Assembly (NCBI GenBank): GCA_965203515.1
Contig: OZ241907.1
Coordinates: 2,208,001-2,272,000, forward strand
Length of the DNA: 64,000 nt
Reading direction: 5' to 3'
Source: Spirochaetia bacterium
Lineage (GTDB): Bacteria > Spirochaetota > Spirochaetia > SZUA-6 > Bin103
The position numbers and the translations under genes are program-made. Numbering within the stretch: position 1 is the first letter of the stretch; the number at the start of each line of letters is the position of its first letter. This document shows positions 39,745 through 48,850 of this stretch, in pieces. Below the pieces are notes generated by a model. It was not told the DNA's origin. It saw only the letters and a list, made by a program, of their open reading frames with translations, and did no database searches.

Positions 39745-40017
39745 CCGGCGAGACGTACGCCCGGATACGGTCCTGACACATTCCCCACAGACGCGCCAGC
39801 GGCTGCCTGGCCTCCTTGCCGAGCAGGTCGCACAGCGCTACGTCCACCGCCCACGCACCGGCCGCCTCCACGCGGATGCGGGACTTCCAGCACGATCGGC
39901 TCGACAGCGATTATCCTCATCAAGGCCGGCGCCATGGTAGCCGACGCTAGCGCCACTATCATGCGCGTCCCACGTAAACAACGGCGCATGTACAGCGGGC
40001 TGTTCGTGGCCGTACAA
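39745..40017. repeat. Mosaic of fragments from 41889-42015, 42203-42309 and 36758-36799
   Basis: Near-identical nucleotide matches to the racemase gene and its upstream region, and to the phyH gene. Confidence 0.88.
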
Positions 40018-40094
40018 GGTAAGCGTCGACGACGTCAATCCCGGTCCCATGAGTACGCGGTTGCGCGACCGGCGCGGCCCGCGTACCGTGGGCT

Positions 40095-41096
40095 ATGGCT
40101 ATCACCAAGACTGCCGTCGGGCCGCGCCCCGGCACCGAGGCCGCGCAGCCGGCGCCCGAGTTCCCCGGCTGCACGCCGGTCCATCTGCCGGCAGACGAGA
40201 TCGAACGTAGCGACCAGCGGTTGGAGTACTGGGACGGCACTACCGAAACCGCCTGGATCTGCGAGCCGGCCAGCCCCTACCACGAAAGGCCGTCCGGCCG
40301 CCTGACCCGGCTCACCGAGCGGATCGCCGCGGTGCGCGGCGCGCCGATCGAAAGCTACGGGTCGATGGACCTGCGGCAGCGCGGCGGGCCGCGCAGCATC
40401 ATGCAGGCCGACGAGTCGGTGTACCTGCATCCGGACAGTGCGCGGTTGCCGGGACCGTCGGCGATGGTGATCGGCGTGGACGACTACCCCGACGTGGTGC
40501 TGGAGGTCGACCACACCACCGACGTGCGGCGCGGCAAGCTGGGGTTGTACGAGTCGTGGGGGTTCCCGGAAGTGTGGGTGGAGGTGCCGGACGAAAGCGC
40601 GCCGAGCCGCCCGCGGAGCCGGCGGCCGGGGCTGACGATCCATTTGCTGGAGGCGGGTGCGTACCGGGCGGCGCCGGAGAGCCGCGCGTTTCCGGGGTGG
40701 AAGGCGGAGGAGATCCACGCGGCGCTGAACGAACCGATGCTGTCGGCGCGGACCAGTGCGGTGCTGGAGCGGGTGGGAAAGGCGCTCGGCGAGCGGGAGG
40801 GCACCGGGCCGGATCACGATCCGTTGCTGCGGTCGCAACGGCGCCGGGGGTACGAGCGCGGCCTTGAGCACGGCCACGAACGCGGCCTTGAGCACGGGCG
40901 GGCGGAGGAACGCGCGCTGCTGTGCCGGCAGGCGGCGCGGAAGTTCGACGACGACACGGCGCAACGGCTGGCGGTGCTCCTGGAGCGGACCGCCGATCCT
41001 GACCGCTTGGCGCAGGCCGGCGTCTGGATCATTGAGTGCGCGACCGGAGCCGAGCTCCTCGACCGGGTATCAGGCAACACCGCGCGCCGGACGTGA
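40095..41096 (+). CDS. Uma2-family endonuclease with C-terminal DUF4351-like tail
   Basis: SPYHE, QADESVY, PDVVLEVD, Y..WGFPEVW; EERALLCRQAARKF tail. Confidence 0.8.
   Translation: MAITKTAVGPRPGTEAAQPAPEFPGCTPVHLPADEIERSDQRLEYWDGTTETAWICEPASPYHERPSGRLTRLTERIAAVRGAPIESYGSMDLRQRGGPRSIMQADESVYLHPDSARLPGPSAMVIGVDDYPDVVLEVDHTTDVRRGKLGLYESWGFPEVWVEVPDESAPSRPRSRRPGLTIHLLEAGAYRAAPESRAFPGWKAEEIHAALNEPMLSARTSAVLERVGKALGEREGTGPDHDPLLRSQRRRGYERGLEHGHERGLEHGRAEERALLCRQAARKFDDDTAQRLAVLLERTADPDRLAQAGVWIIECATGAELLDRVSGNTARRT
40852..40899 (+). repeat. 2 x 24-bp intragenic tandem repeat (ERGLEHG units)
   Basis: acgagcgcggccttgagcacggcc / acgaacgcggccttgagcacgggc. Confidence 0.7.
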
Positions 41097-41139
41097 CCCG
41101 GCAGGGCACCGGGGTCCTCCGGTTGTGGAAAGAACCGGC

Positions 41140-42267
41140 TCAGGCGATCCGGTAGCGTTCGATCCTCGATTCGTCGATCTCGATTCCCAGGCCGGGGCCC
41201 GGCGGTACGGACACCATGCCGTCGGCGTCGATGCCGATCGGCTCCGCGATGATGCCGTAGAGCTGCTGGAAGCTCTCTACCGTGCGGTACGGCGGGTCCA
41301 GCATGTACTCCACGTACGGGCTGTTGGGCAGCGTCGCGCAGAGCTGCAGGTGAGCCGCCAGGCCGATCCCGCAGGAGCCGTGATGCGGCACGAAGCGGCG
41401 CCCGGCGAGCTCCGCGGCCGCGGCGATCTTGCGCATCTGCGACAGCGACGCGCCGGCCGCGCAGTCGGGCTGCAGCACGTCGTACGCGCCGGCCCGAAGC
41501 AGCCGGGCGAAGGCTGCGGTGCCTCGGTCGCCTTCGCCGCCGGCGATCGCCAGCTCCGCCTCGCCGGTCAGGCGGGCGATGGCCGCGACGTCGCCGCGCG
41601 GCAGCGGCTCCTCCAGCCAGCCTGCGCCAAGCCGATGCAGCTCGCGCGCCGTCTGCCGCGCCCGATCGTAATCCCAGGCCGGCCGCGCCGCTCCGGGCGC
41701 TACCCCGCCGGCCAGGTTGGCGTCGACCAGGATCTCCATCGACTCCCCGACCCGTTCGCGGACCGCCTGCACCATGGCGATATCTTCGCGCATGGTAGGC
41801 CGTGCCGCGCGCAGCTTGATCGCCGTGAAGCCGGCCTCACGATAGCGCGCCGCGTCGTCGGCCAGATCGGCATCCGGCTTGCCGACCACCGGCGAGACGT
41901 ACGCCCGGATACGGTCCTGACACATTCCCCACAGACGCGCCAGCGGCTGGCCTGCCTCCTTGCCGAGCAGGTCGCACAGCGCTACGTCGACCGCCCACGC
42001 GCCGGCCGCCTCCACCGCCGGCGCGTGCGCCTGCAGGCGGGCGCTGTCGGCGCCCAGCAGGGCCGGCTCCACCGCGGCCACCGCGCCCCGGGCGTCGCCG
42101 CCCATCGCCCCGTAGCCGATGGCCCCCTCCGCGGTGCGCACCCTCACCAGCGTCAGCGTGCGCGACCGCTCCGCGTGCGGCGACCACGCCTTGCGGTACG
42201 GCCGCGGATGCGGGACTTCCAGCACGATCGGCTCGACAGCGGTTATCCTCATCGCGGCCGGCGCCAT
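41140..42267 (-). CDS. Mandelate racemase/muconate lactonizing enzyme family (start 42267 or 42252)
   Basis: AVDVALCDLLGK, AIKLR, LVDAN, WLEEP, AGGE, LQPD, PGPGLGIE. Confidence 0.88.
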   Translation of the reverse strand: MAPAAMRITAVEPIVLEVPHPRPYRKAWSPHAERSRTLTLVRVRTAEGAIGYGAMGGDARGAVAAVEPALLGADSARLQAHAPAVEAAGAWAVDVALCDLLGKEAGQPLARLWGMCQDRIRAYVSPVVGKPDADLADDAARYREAGFTAIKLRAARPTMREDIAMVQAVRERVGESMEILVDANLAGGVAPGAARPAWDYDRARQTARELHRLGAGWLEEPLPRGDVAAIARLTGEAELAIAGGEGDRGTAAFARLLRAGAYDVLQPDCAAGASLSQMRKIAAAAELAGRRFVPHHGSCGIGLAAHLQLCATLPNSPYVEYMLDPPYRTVESFQQLYGIIAEPIGIDADGMVSVPPGPGLGIEIDESRIERYRIA

Positions 42268-42343
42268 GGTAGCCGAACGCCGACGCCACTATCATGCGCG
42301 CGTCCCACCGAACGGTGACAGCGCCCAGGAAAGGAGACGAACG

Positions 42344-43420
42344 ATGGCAGAACCGAAAGCGAGCGGCATGGACCACCGGCCTGCGGGCGTGTACCGGCGC
42401 GCGGTCGAGCCGGGCGAGTTCCCGATCGCCGCCATCCACATGGCCCACAACCACCTGCGCTCGATGTGCGCGGCCCTGGCCGGCGCGGGCGCCGAGGTGC
42501 GGGTCGTCTACGACCGCGACCCGGCCAAGCTGGCGCTGCTCCGTGAGGACTTCCCGGACGCGCGGGTCGCCGCCAGCGAGCAGGAGGTGCTCGACGACCC
42601 GGACGTCAAGCTGGTCGCCGCCGCGGCGGTGCCGGCCGACCGCGGCGCCGTCGGCGAGCGGGTGATGCGCGCCGGCAAGGACTACTTCACCGACAAGTGT
42701 CCCTTCACGACCCTGGCGCAGCTCGAATCGGCCCGCGCGACGGCCGCCGCCACCGGCCGCAAGTTCATGGTCTACTACGGAGAGCGGCTCCACAACGAGG
42801 CGATCATCCGGGCCGGGCAGCTCATCCGCGACGGAGCGATCGGCCGCGTGATCCAGGTCGCCGGCTTCGGCCCGCACCGGCTGGAGGCGCACAAGCGGCC
42901 CGACTGGTTCTTTCGCCGCGAGCGGTACGGCGGGATCATCTGCGACCTGGGGTCGCATCAGGCCGACAAGTTCCTGCACTTCGCCGGCGCTGCGGGGGCG
43001 TGCGTGCTGTCCAGTTCGGTTGCCAACTACGGCAATCCCGAGCATCCGGAGCTGGAGGACTTCGGCCAAGCCACCCTGGCCGTCGACGGCGCCACCTGCT
43101 ACTTCCGCGTCGACTGGTTCACCCCCGACGGCCTGCGCGCCTGGGGCGACTCGCGGACGTTCGTGTTGGGCACCGAGGGCTATCTGGAGGCGCGTTCCTA
43201 CCTCGACGTGACGCGCGGCGACGCACCGGTGCTGAACCTGGTGGACGGCCGCGGCGAACGCTCGGTGGAAGTCGGCGCCAGCGGCTTTCCGTTCTTCGGC
43301 GACCTGATCCTGGACTGCCTGGAACGGACGGAGAACGCCATGACCCAGGAGCACGCCTTCCTGGCCGCCGAGCTCTGTCTGCGCGCGCAGGCGCAGGCCG
43401 AGGCGCTCACACCGCGCTGA
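42344..43420 (+). CDS. Gfo/Idh/MocA oxidoreductase
   Basis: AGGAG SD; YFTDKCP, WFF..ERYGGIICDLGSHQAD. Confidence 0.85.
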   Translation: MAEPKASGMDHRPAGVYRRAVEPGEFPIAAIHMAHNHLRSMCAALAGAGAEVRVVYDRDPAKLALLREDFPDARVAASEQEVLDDPDVKLVAAAAVPADRGAVGERVMRAGKDYFTDKCPFTTLAQLESARATAAATGRKFMVYYGERLHNEAIIRAGQLIRDGAIGRVIQVAGFGPHRLEAHKRPDWFFRRERYGGIICDLGSHQADKFLHFAGAAGACVLSSSVANYGNPEHPELEDFGQATLAVDGATCYFRVDWFTPDGLRAWGDSRTFVLGTEGYLEARSYLDVTRGDAPVLNLVDGRGERSVEVGASGFPFFGDLILDCLERTENAMTQEHAFLAAELCLRAQAQAEALTPR

Positions 43421-43440
43421 CGGCGGTCCGCAGGCGGCGT

Positions 43441-44412
43441 TCAGACGGTCCCGCGCGGATCGTTCAGCGCCGAGTCGGGCACTCCGCCTTCGAGCGCGGT
43501 GCGCACGCGCAACGCCGCCTTGGTCTTCAACTCCACCACCGATTCCTCCGTGTAGTAGGCGTGGTGGTCGGAAAGGATCACCGTGTCGAGCTCGCGCAGC
43601 GGACTGCCGGCGGCCAGCGGCTCGGTTTCGAACACGTCGAGCGCCGCGTAGCCGATCCGGCCCGCGCGCAACGCATCGGCCAGCGCACGCTCGTCGATGA
43701 TCCCGCCGCGCGCCGTGTTGACGATGATCGCCGTCGGCTTCATCGCCGCCAAGCGCGCCCGGTCGATCAGGCCTCGCGTCTCCGGCGTCAGCGGAGCGTG
43801 GATCGACACGTAGTCGGAGGCGGCCAGCAACTCGTCGACCCCCGCCGGCTGCGCCCCGGCGGCGCGCATCTCGGCCTCGTCGACGTACGGGTCGTACGCC
43901 AGCACCCGCGCCAGACCCAGGCCGGACAGCTTGCCGTGGAGGGCGCGCGCGATCGCCCCGTAGCCCAGCAGGCCGAAGGTCTTGCCCCGGATGCGGTAGG
44001 AGGGGCGATTGCGCCGGAACCCCCAGCCGCCGGCGCGGATGCCCCGATCGGTGTACGGGATCTTGCGGACGCAGGCCAGGAACAGGCCGAGCGCGTGATC
44101 GGACACGTCCTCGATGCCGTAGTCCGGCACCCGCGCCACCCAGATGCCGCGCTCGGTGGCCGCGGCGACGTCGACGTTGTCATAGCCGATCCCGTAGCGG
44201 CAGATGATCTTGCAGCGCCGCATCCCCTCGATGGTCGACCGCGGGATCGGCTCCAGATTGACGATCACCGCGTCCGCGTCGCGCACGCCGGCCGCAATCT
44301 CGTGCGGATCGGTCGATCGCGTCACCTCCAGGGCGGCGATCGGTCCCAGAATGTGCTCCTCTTCCTCGTATGCCTCGAACCGATCGTCGATGATCGCGAC
44401 GCGATAGCTCAC
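43441..44412 (-). CDS. D-isomer 2-hydroxyacid dehydrogenase (CtBP-like)
   Basis: RYGIGYDNVD, GLLGYGAIA, VNTARGG, LDVFETEP. Confidence 0.88.
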   Translation of the reverse strand: MSYRVAIIDDRFEAYEEEEHILGPIAALEVTRSTDPHEIAAGVRDADAVIVNLEPIPRSTIEGMRRCKIICRYGIGYDNVDVAAATERGIWVARVPDYGIEDVSDHALGLFLACVRKIPYTDRGIRAGGWGFRRNRPSYRIRGKTFGLLGYGAIARALHGKLSGLGLARVLAYDPYVDEAEMRAAGAQPAGVDELLAASDYVSIHAPLTPETRGLIDRARLAAMKPTAIIVNTARGGIIDERALADALRAGRIGYAALDVFETEPLAAGSPLRELDTVILSDHHAYYTEESVVELKTKAALRVRTALEGGVPDSALNDPRGTV

Positions 44413-44474
44413 CGGTGCCTGCCCGGCACAAGCTTGGCATGGTCCGCGGGCGCCATCAACGGTATCTTCCCTGC

Positions 44475-44987
44475 ATGCTGACGGAAAGAATGAGCCGCGC
44501 GCTGAACGAGCAGCTCAACGCGGAGTTCGCCTCATCGTACGCCTACCTGAGTCTGGCGGCCCATTTCGGAGCCCAGAGCCTGCCGGGGCTCTCCCACTGG
44601 TTCCGCACGCACGCCGATGAGGAGCAGGCGCACGCGATGAAGATCTTCGACTACATCCTGACGCGGGGCGGCACGATCACGCTTGCGTCGGTGCCGGCCC
44701 CTCCGGCCCCGGCCGCATCGCCGCGTGAAGCGTTCGCCGACGCCTTCCGCGCCGAGTCGGAGGTATCCGCCGCGATCGATGCGCTCGTGGAGATCGCCGT
44801 GCAAGAGAAGGACCGCGCCACGCAGGTGTTCCTCGACTGGTTCGTGGCCGAGCAGGTCGAAGAGGAAGCGCTGTTCAGCGAGCTGCGCACGCAGATCGAA
44901 CGGATCGGCGACTCGGAGGTGGGGTTGTTCGTGTTCGACCAGAAGCTCGCCGAACGCACGCCCGATACCTCCGGCGCCGGAGCCTGA
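44475..44987 (+). CDS. ftnA: Ferritin
   Basis: LNEQLNAEFASSYAY, EEQAHAMK, FLDWFVAEQVEEE ferroxidase residues. Confidence 0.9.
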   Translation: MLTERMSRALNEQLNAEFASSYAYLSLAAHFGAQSLPGLSHWFRTHADEEQAHAMKIFDYILTRGGTITLASVPAPPAPAASPREAFADAFRAESEVSAAIDALVEIAVQEKDRATQVFLDWFVAEQVEEEALFSELRTQIERIGDSEVGLFVFDQKLAERTPDTSGAGA

Positions 44988-44991
44988 CGCC

Positions 44992-46503
44992 CTGGTCGAT
45001 CTCGCCGTCGTCCACTACCACGTGTTGCCGGGCGGCGTTACCAGCGTCATCCGCGACGGCCTGCGCGCGATCATCCGCCATCGGCCGGGGTTGCTCCGTT
45101 CGATTCGCGTGATGGCCGGGCGGCCCGAAGGGATGGACGCCCTGCTTGCCTCGTTGCGGGAGGCGGTGGCGGACGCGCGCGCCGATACGGTCGTTGGGGC
45201 GACGGTCGACGCGCGCCTTGCCTACGGCCACCGGCGAGCGGCAGGCGGCGAATGGCGGTTTGACGAGATCGGCGGCCCGGATGCCGTCTGGTGGATACAC
45301 AACCATCACGTGGGCAAGAACCTGCCGTTCACCCGCGCGTTGCTGCGCGGCGCGGCGCACGGCGGCGCGCGCATGTTGCTGCAGATCCACGACTTTCCGG
45401 AGTGCGGCCGGATCGACGGATACGCCGCGGTGCGCGCCGCCGTGGACGGCGATCTGTACCCGTTCGGGCCGCACCTGCGCTACGCGGTCATCAACCGGCG
45501 CGACCATGCGGCGCTGGCGGCGGCCGGCGTTCCCGGCGCGTACCTGCACCTGCTGTGGAACCCGGTCGCGCCCAGCCCGATCGAACCGGGGTGCAAGCGG
45601 CTCGGGCGGCTGATGCCGGGCGGCGGCCGACTCTGGCTCTACCCGGTGCGCACCCGCCGGCGCAAGAACGTACTGGAGGCGGGACTGCTGGCGCGGATGG
45701 CCGGCGGCGCAACGGTGGGCGTCACGCTGCCGGCAAGCTCGGCGGCGGAAGCGGCCTACCATCGCCAAGCCTGCGCCCTGTTCCGCGACGGTACGCTGCC
45801 CGGACGGATCGGCTTCGGCGGGCAGCCGCGCTTCCGCTCCCGCTCGCTCGCCGAGCTGGCGGCCGGCGCCGACGCGATCGTGTCGAGCTCCATCGAGGAG
45901 GGCTTCGGGTACCAGTACCTGCACGCCCGCCAATGGGGCCTGCCGCTGATCGCGCGCGACGTCGATGCGATCGACGGGTTCCGCGACCTGCTCCCCGAAC
46001 CGTCCACCACGCTGTACGACCGGCTCGACTGCCCGCTGCCGCCCGCCGAGCGCCGGCACCTGACCGCACGGTACCGCGCGCGCCTGCGGCGCCTGCGGCC
46101 GTTCGTGCCGCCGGCGACCCTGCGAGACGCCGCCGGCCGGATCGACGCCGTCACCGGCGGGCCGCTGATCGACTACTCCTACCTCAGCGTCGAGCTGCAG
46201 CGGGCGGTAGCCGCCCGTTGCGCGTCGGCGGCGGAGCTGCGCCGCCTGCAAGATGCCAACGCCGGCCTGCTCGCGCGGCTGCGCGCCCTGCGTCCGGCGA
46301 CGGGGCCGGCGGCCAGGCCGCCGGCGGAGCCGAGCGACGATCCGCTGGAGCGGCGGTTCGGACCGGCCGCGTTCGCCGAGCGGGCGGAACGCGCGCTGTC
46401 GTGGCAGCCGGCGACCGCCGGCGCCGGCGTGGCGGACGCCGACTCGGTGGCCGCGCGCTTCGCCGCCGCACCCTATCAGCGCCTGCTGTTCGACCCGACG
46501 TGA
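44992..46503 (+). CDS. GT-B/GT4-like glycosyltransferase (start uncertain)
   Basis: HYHVLPGGVTSVI, HNHHVGKN, YPVR..RRKNVLE, SIEEGFG..Y. Confidence 0.65.
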   Translation: MVDLAVVHYHVLPGGVTSVIRDGLRAIIRHRPGLLRSIRVMAGRPEGMDALLASLREAVADARADTVVGATVDARLAYGHRRAAGGEWRFDEIGGPDAVWWIHNHHVGKNLPFTRALLRGAAHGGARMLLQIHDFPECGRIDGYAAVRAAVDGDLYPFGPHLRYAVINRRDHAALAAAGVPGAYLHLLWNPVAPSPIEPGCKRLGRLMPGGGRLWLYPVRTRRRKNVLEAGLLARMAGGATVGVTLPASSAAEAAYHRQACALFRDGTLPGRIGFGGQPRFRSRSLAELAAGADAIVSSSIEEGFGYQYLHARQWGLPLIARDVDAIDGFRDLLPEPSTTLYDRLDCPLPPAERRHLTARYRARLRRLRPFVPPATLRDAAGRIDAVTGGPLIDYSYLSVELQRAVAARCASAAELRRLQDANAGLLARLRALRPATGPAARPPAEPSDDPLERRFGPAAFAERAERALSWQPATAGAGVADADSVAARFAAAPYQRLLFDPT

Positions 46504-46570
46504 AACGCCCGGTTTACGTGACACGACCCGATTTGGGTTCCGCGCCGCCCGGCCCTACCTTCATGGCCTG

Positions 46571-47743
46571 ATGGCCGCCCTTCCCCCGTTCGAGCTGATC
46601 CTGGGCCGGCTGCCGTCACTCCGGGAACGGGTCGCCGAGCAGCGCCACACCCTGCTGGCGGAGCTGGCGATGATCTCGGAGATCCCGGCGCCCACCTGCC
46701 ACGAGCAGCCGCGCGCCGAGTTCCTGCAGGAACGCTTCGGCCAGTTCGGGCTGGCCGACGTGGTGCAGGACGATCTGGGCAACGTCGCCGCCGTCCACCC
46801 GGGGACCGAGGGCGACGGCGCCATCCTGCTGGTCGCCCATCTGGACACCCTGTTCCCGGAGGGGACCGAGCACGTCACCGAGGTGCGGCGCGATCGCGTG
46901 GTGGGGCCGTCGGTCGCCGACGACTCGCTGGGGCTGGCGATGCTGGCGACCCTCCCGCACGTGCTGGAGCGCTTGAAGCTGGCCCTCCGCTCCGATCTCA
47001 TACTCCTCGGCACGACCCGCTCGCTCGGCCGCGGCAACCTTGCCGGCTTGCGCTTCTTCCTGGAACACACCCGCCTGCCGATCCGCACCGCGGTCTGCGT
47101 GGAAGGGGCGCCCCTCGGCCGCCTGAGCCACACCTCGATCGGCATGATCCGCGGCGACGTGGTCTGCCGCATCCCCGACCAGCACGACTGGACCCGATTC
47201 GGCGCGGCGAGCGCGATCGTGACCGTCAATGAGGTGATCAACCGCGTCCTGGCGATCCCGCTGCCGCGCCGCCCGCGCTCCACCGTGGTGCTGGGCGAGG
47301 TTCGGGGCGGAACCGCCGCGCACACGGTGGCGACCCGCGCGACGCTCCGCTTCGAGGCGCGCAGCGAATCGGGACAGGTCGTCGGCTCGCTGCTGCACAC
47401 CATCGGCAGGATCGCGCAACAGGTCGCCGCGCAGAGCGGGGAGGACGTCGAGCTGGAGATCGTCGCCCGGCGCCATCCCGGCGGCATCGGCCTCGATCAC
47501 CCGCTGGTCGACCGCTCGCGCCGGATCATGCGCCGCTTGGGGCTGTCGCCCCGCATGACGCCCAGCACCTCCGAGCTGGCGGCGCTGATCGACCGGCGGG
47601 TGCCGGCGATCACCATCGGCATCACCGAGAGCGCGCACACCGGAGAAGCGAACGAGACGGTCTACCTCGCACCGATGGCGACCGGTATCACACAGCTTCT
47701 GGGCATCCTGCTGGCGATCGACGGCGGCTACTGTGCGGAGTGA
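46571..47743 (+). CDS. M20/M28 metallopeptidase-like protein with degenerate active site
   Basis: IPAPT..E..RA, AHLDT, DDSLG present; the expected EE motif reads RS. Confidence 0.7.
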   Translation: MAALPPFELILGRLPSLRERVAEQRHTLLAELAMISEIPAPTCHEQPRAEFLQERFGQFGLADVVQDDLGNVAAVHPGTEGDGAILLVAHLDTLFPEGTEHVTEVRRDRVVGPSVADDSLGLAMLATLPHVLERLKLALRSDLILLGTTRSLGRGNLAGLRFFLEHTRLPIRTAVCVEGAPLGRLSHTSIGMIRGDVVCRIPDQHDWTRFGAASAIVTVNEVINRVLAIPLPRRPRSTVVLGEVRGGTAAHTVATRATLRFEARSESGQVVGSLLHTIGRIAQQVAAQSGEDVELEIVARRHPGGIGLDHPLVDRSRRIMRRLGLSPRMTPSTSELAALIDRRVPAITIGITESAHTGEANETVYLAPMATGITQLLGILLAIDGGYCAE

Positions 47744-48770
47744 AGCCCGGGCGGGCGAGGCGCGCGGCGCCGCCTGGTTGCAGCGCAACACCTATCACCA
47801 TTCCGACTTCGACGACCTGGCCGGGCTGGTAGCGGCCAAGCAGCGGCTGGGCGTCTCGATCTCGCTCTGCATCCCGGCACTGAACGAGGCTCCCACCATC
47901 GGCAAGGAGATCGTCATCTTCCGTTCGGAGTTGATGCACCGGTATCCGCTGCTGGATGAGATCGCGGTGCTCGACTCCGGCTCTACGGACGCCACGCGTG
48001 AGGTCGCCCGCGACTTCGGCGCCGACGTCTACCTGGCCGACGACATCCTGCCGCACCTGCCGCGGCACCGCGGCAAGGGCGAGAACCTGTGGAAGGCGAT
48101 CTACCAGCTTCGGGGCGACATCATCGTCTACATCGACGCCGACATCCGCAACATCCATCCCCGCTTCGTGTACGGCCTGGTCGGTCCGCTGCTGGCGCGT
48201 CCGGAGATCGGCTACGTCAAGGCGTTCTACGAACGCCCGATGGCGATGGCCACAGAGACGCGGCCCACCGGCGGCGGCCGGGTCACCGAGATCCTGGTGC
48301 GTCCGCTCCTTTCGCTCTTCTTCCCGGAGCTGGCCACGATCATCCAGCCGTTGTCGGGCGAGTACGCGGCGCGCCGCGACGTGCTGGAACGCCTGCAGTT
48401 CCCGATCGGGTACGGCGTCGAGACCTCGCACCTGATCGACGTCCACCACCGGCACGGACTCGAGGCGATCGCGCAGACCGACCTGGACCGGCGCGTGCAC
48501 TACAACCAGGACACGCAGGCGCTGGGCAAGATGGCGTTCCGCATCCTGCAGGCGTTCCTGCGGCGAGCGACCGCCCAGGGCGCGATCGGCGCGATACCGC
48601 GCCTCGGCACGGCGCTGCACCAATTCCGGCCGCGCGACCTGGACTACGAGCACGTCGTGAGCGAAATCGAAGAGATCGAACGCCCGCCGATGATCGAGCT
48701 GCCCGAGTACCGCGAACGGCGCGCCGAGCTGTCCGGGACCGAGCTACAGGGCGGAGACCGCGCCGGCTGA
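47733..48770 (+). CDS. gpgS: Glucosyl-3-phosphoglycerate synthase
   Basis: PALNEA, DSGSTD, GKGENLWK, IDAD, GGGRVTE, QPLSGEYA, GYGVE. Confidence 0.88.
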   Translation: MRSEARAGEARGAAWLQRNTYHHSDFDDLAGLVAAKQRLGVSISLCIPALNEAPTIGKEIVIFRSELMHRYPLLDEIAVLDSGSTDATREVARDFGADVYLADDILPHLPRHRGKGENLWKAIYQLRGDIIVYIDADIRNIHPRFVYGLVGPLLARPEIGYVKAFYERPMAMATETRPTGGGRVTEILVRPLLSLFFPELATIIQPLSGEYAARRDVLERLQFPIGYGVETSHLIDVHHRHGLEAIAQTDLDRRVHYNQDTQALGKMAFRILQAFLRRATAQGAIGAIPRLGTALHQFRPRDLDYEHVVSEIEEIERPPMIELPEYRERRAELSGTELQGGDRAG

Positions 48771-48850
48771 CATCCGCAAACGCCGGGCGCCGGCGGGACG
48801 CGCAGCCCGCGCCGGGGTATCTTGAACCTTGCGGTATCGTTACCGGCGCC

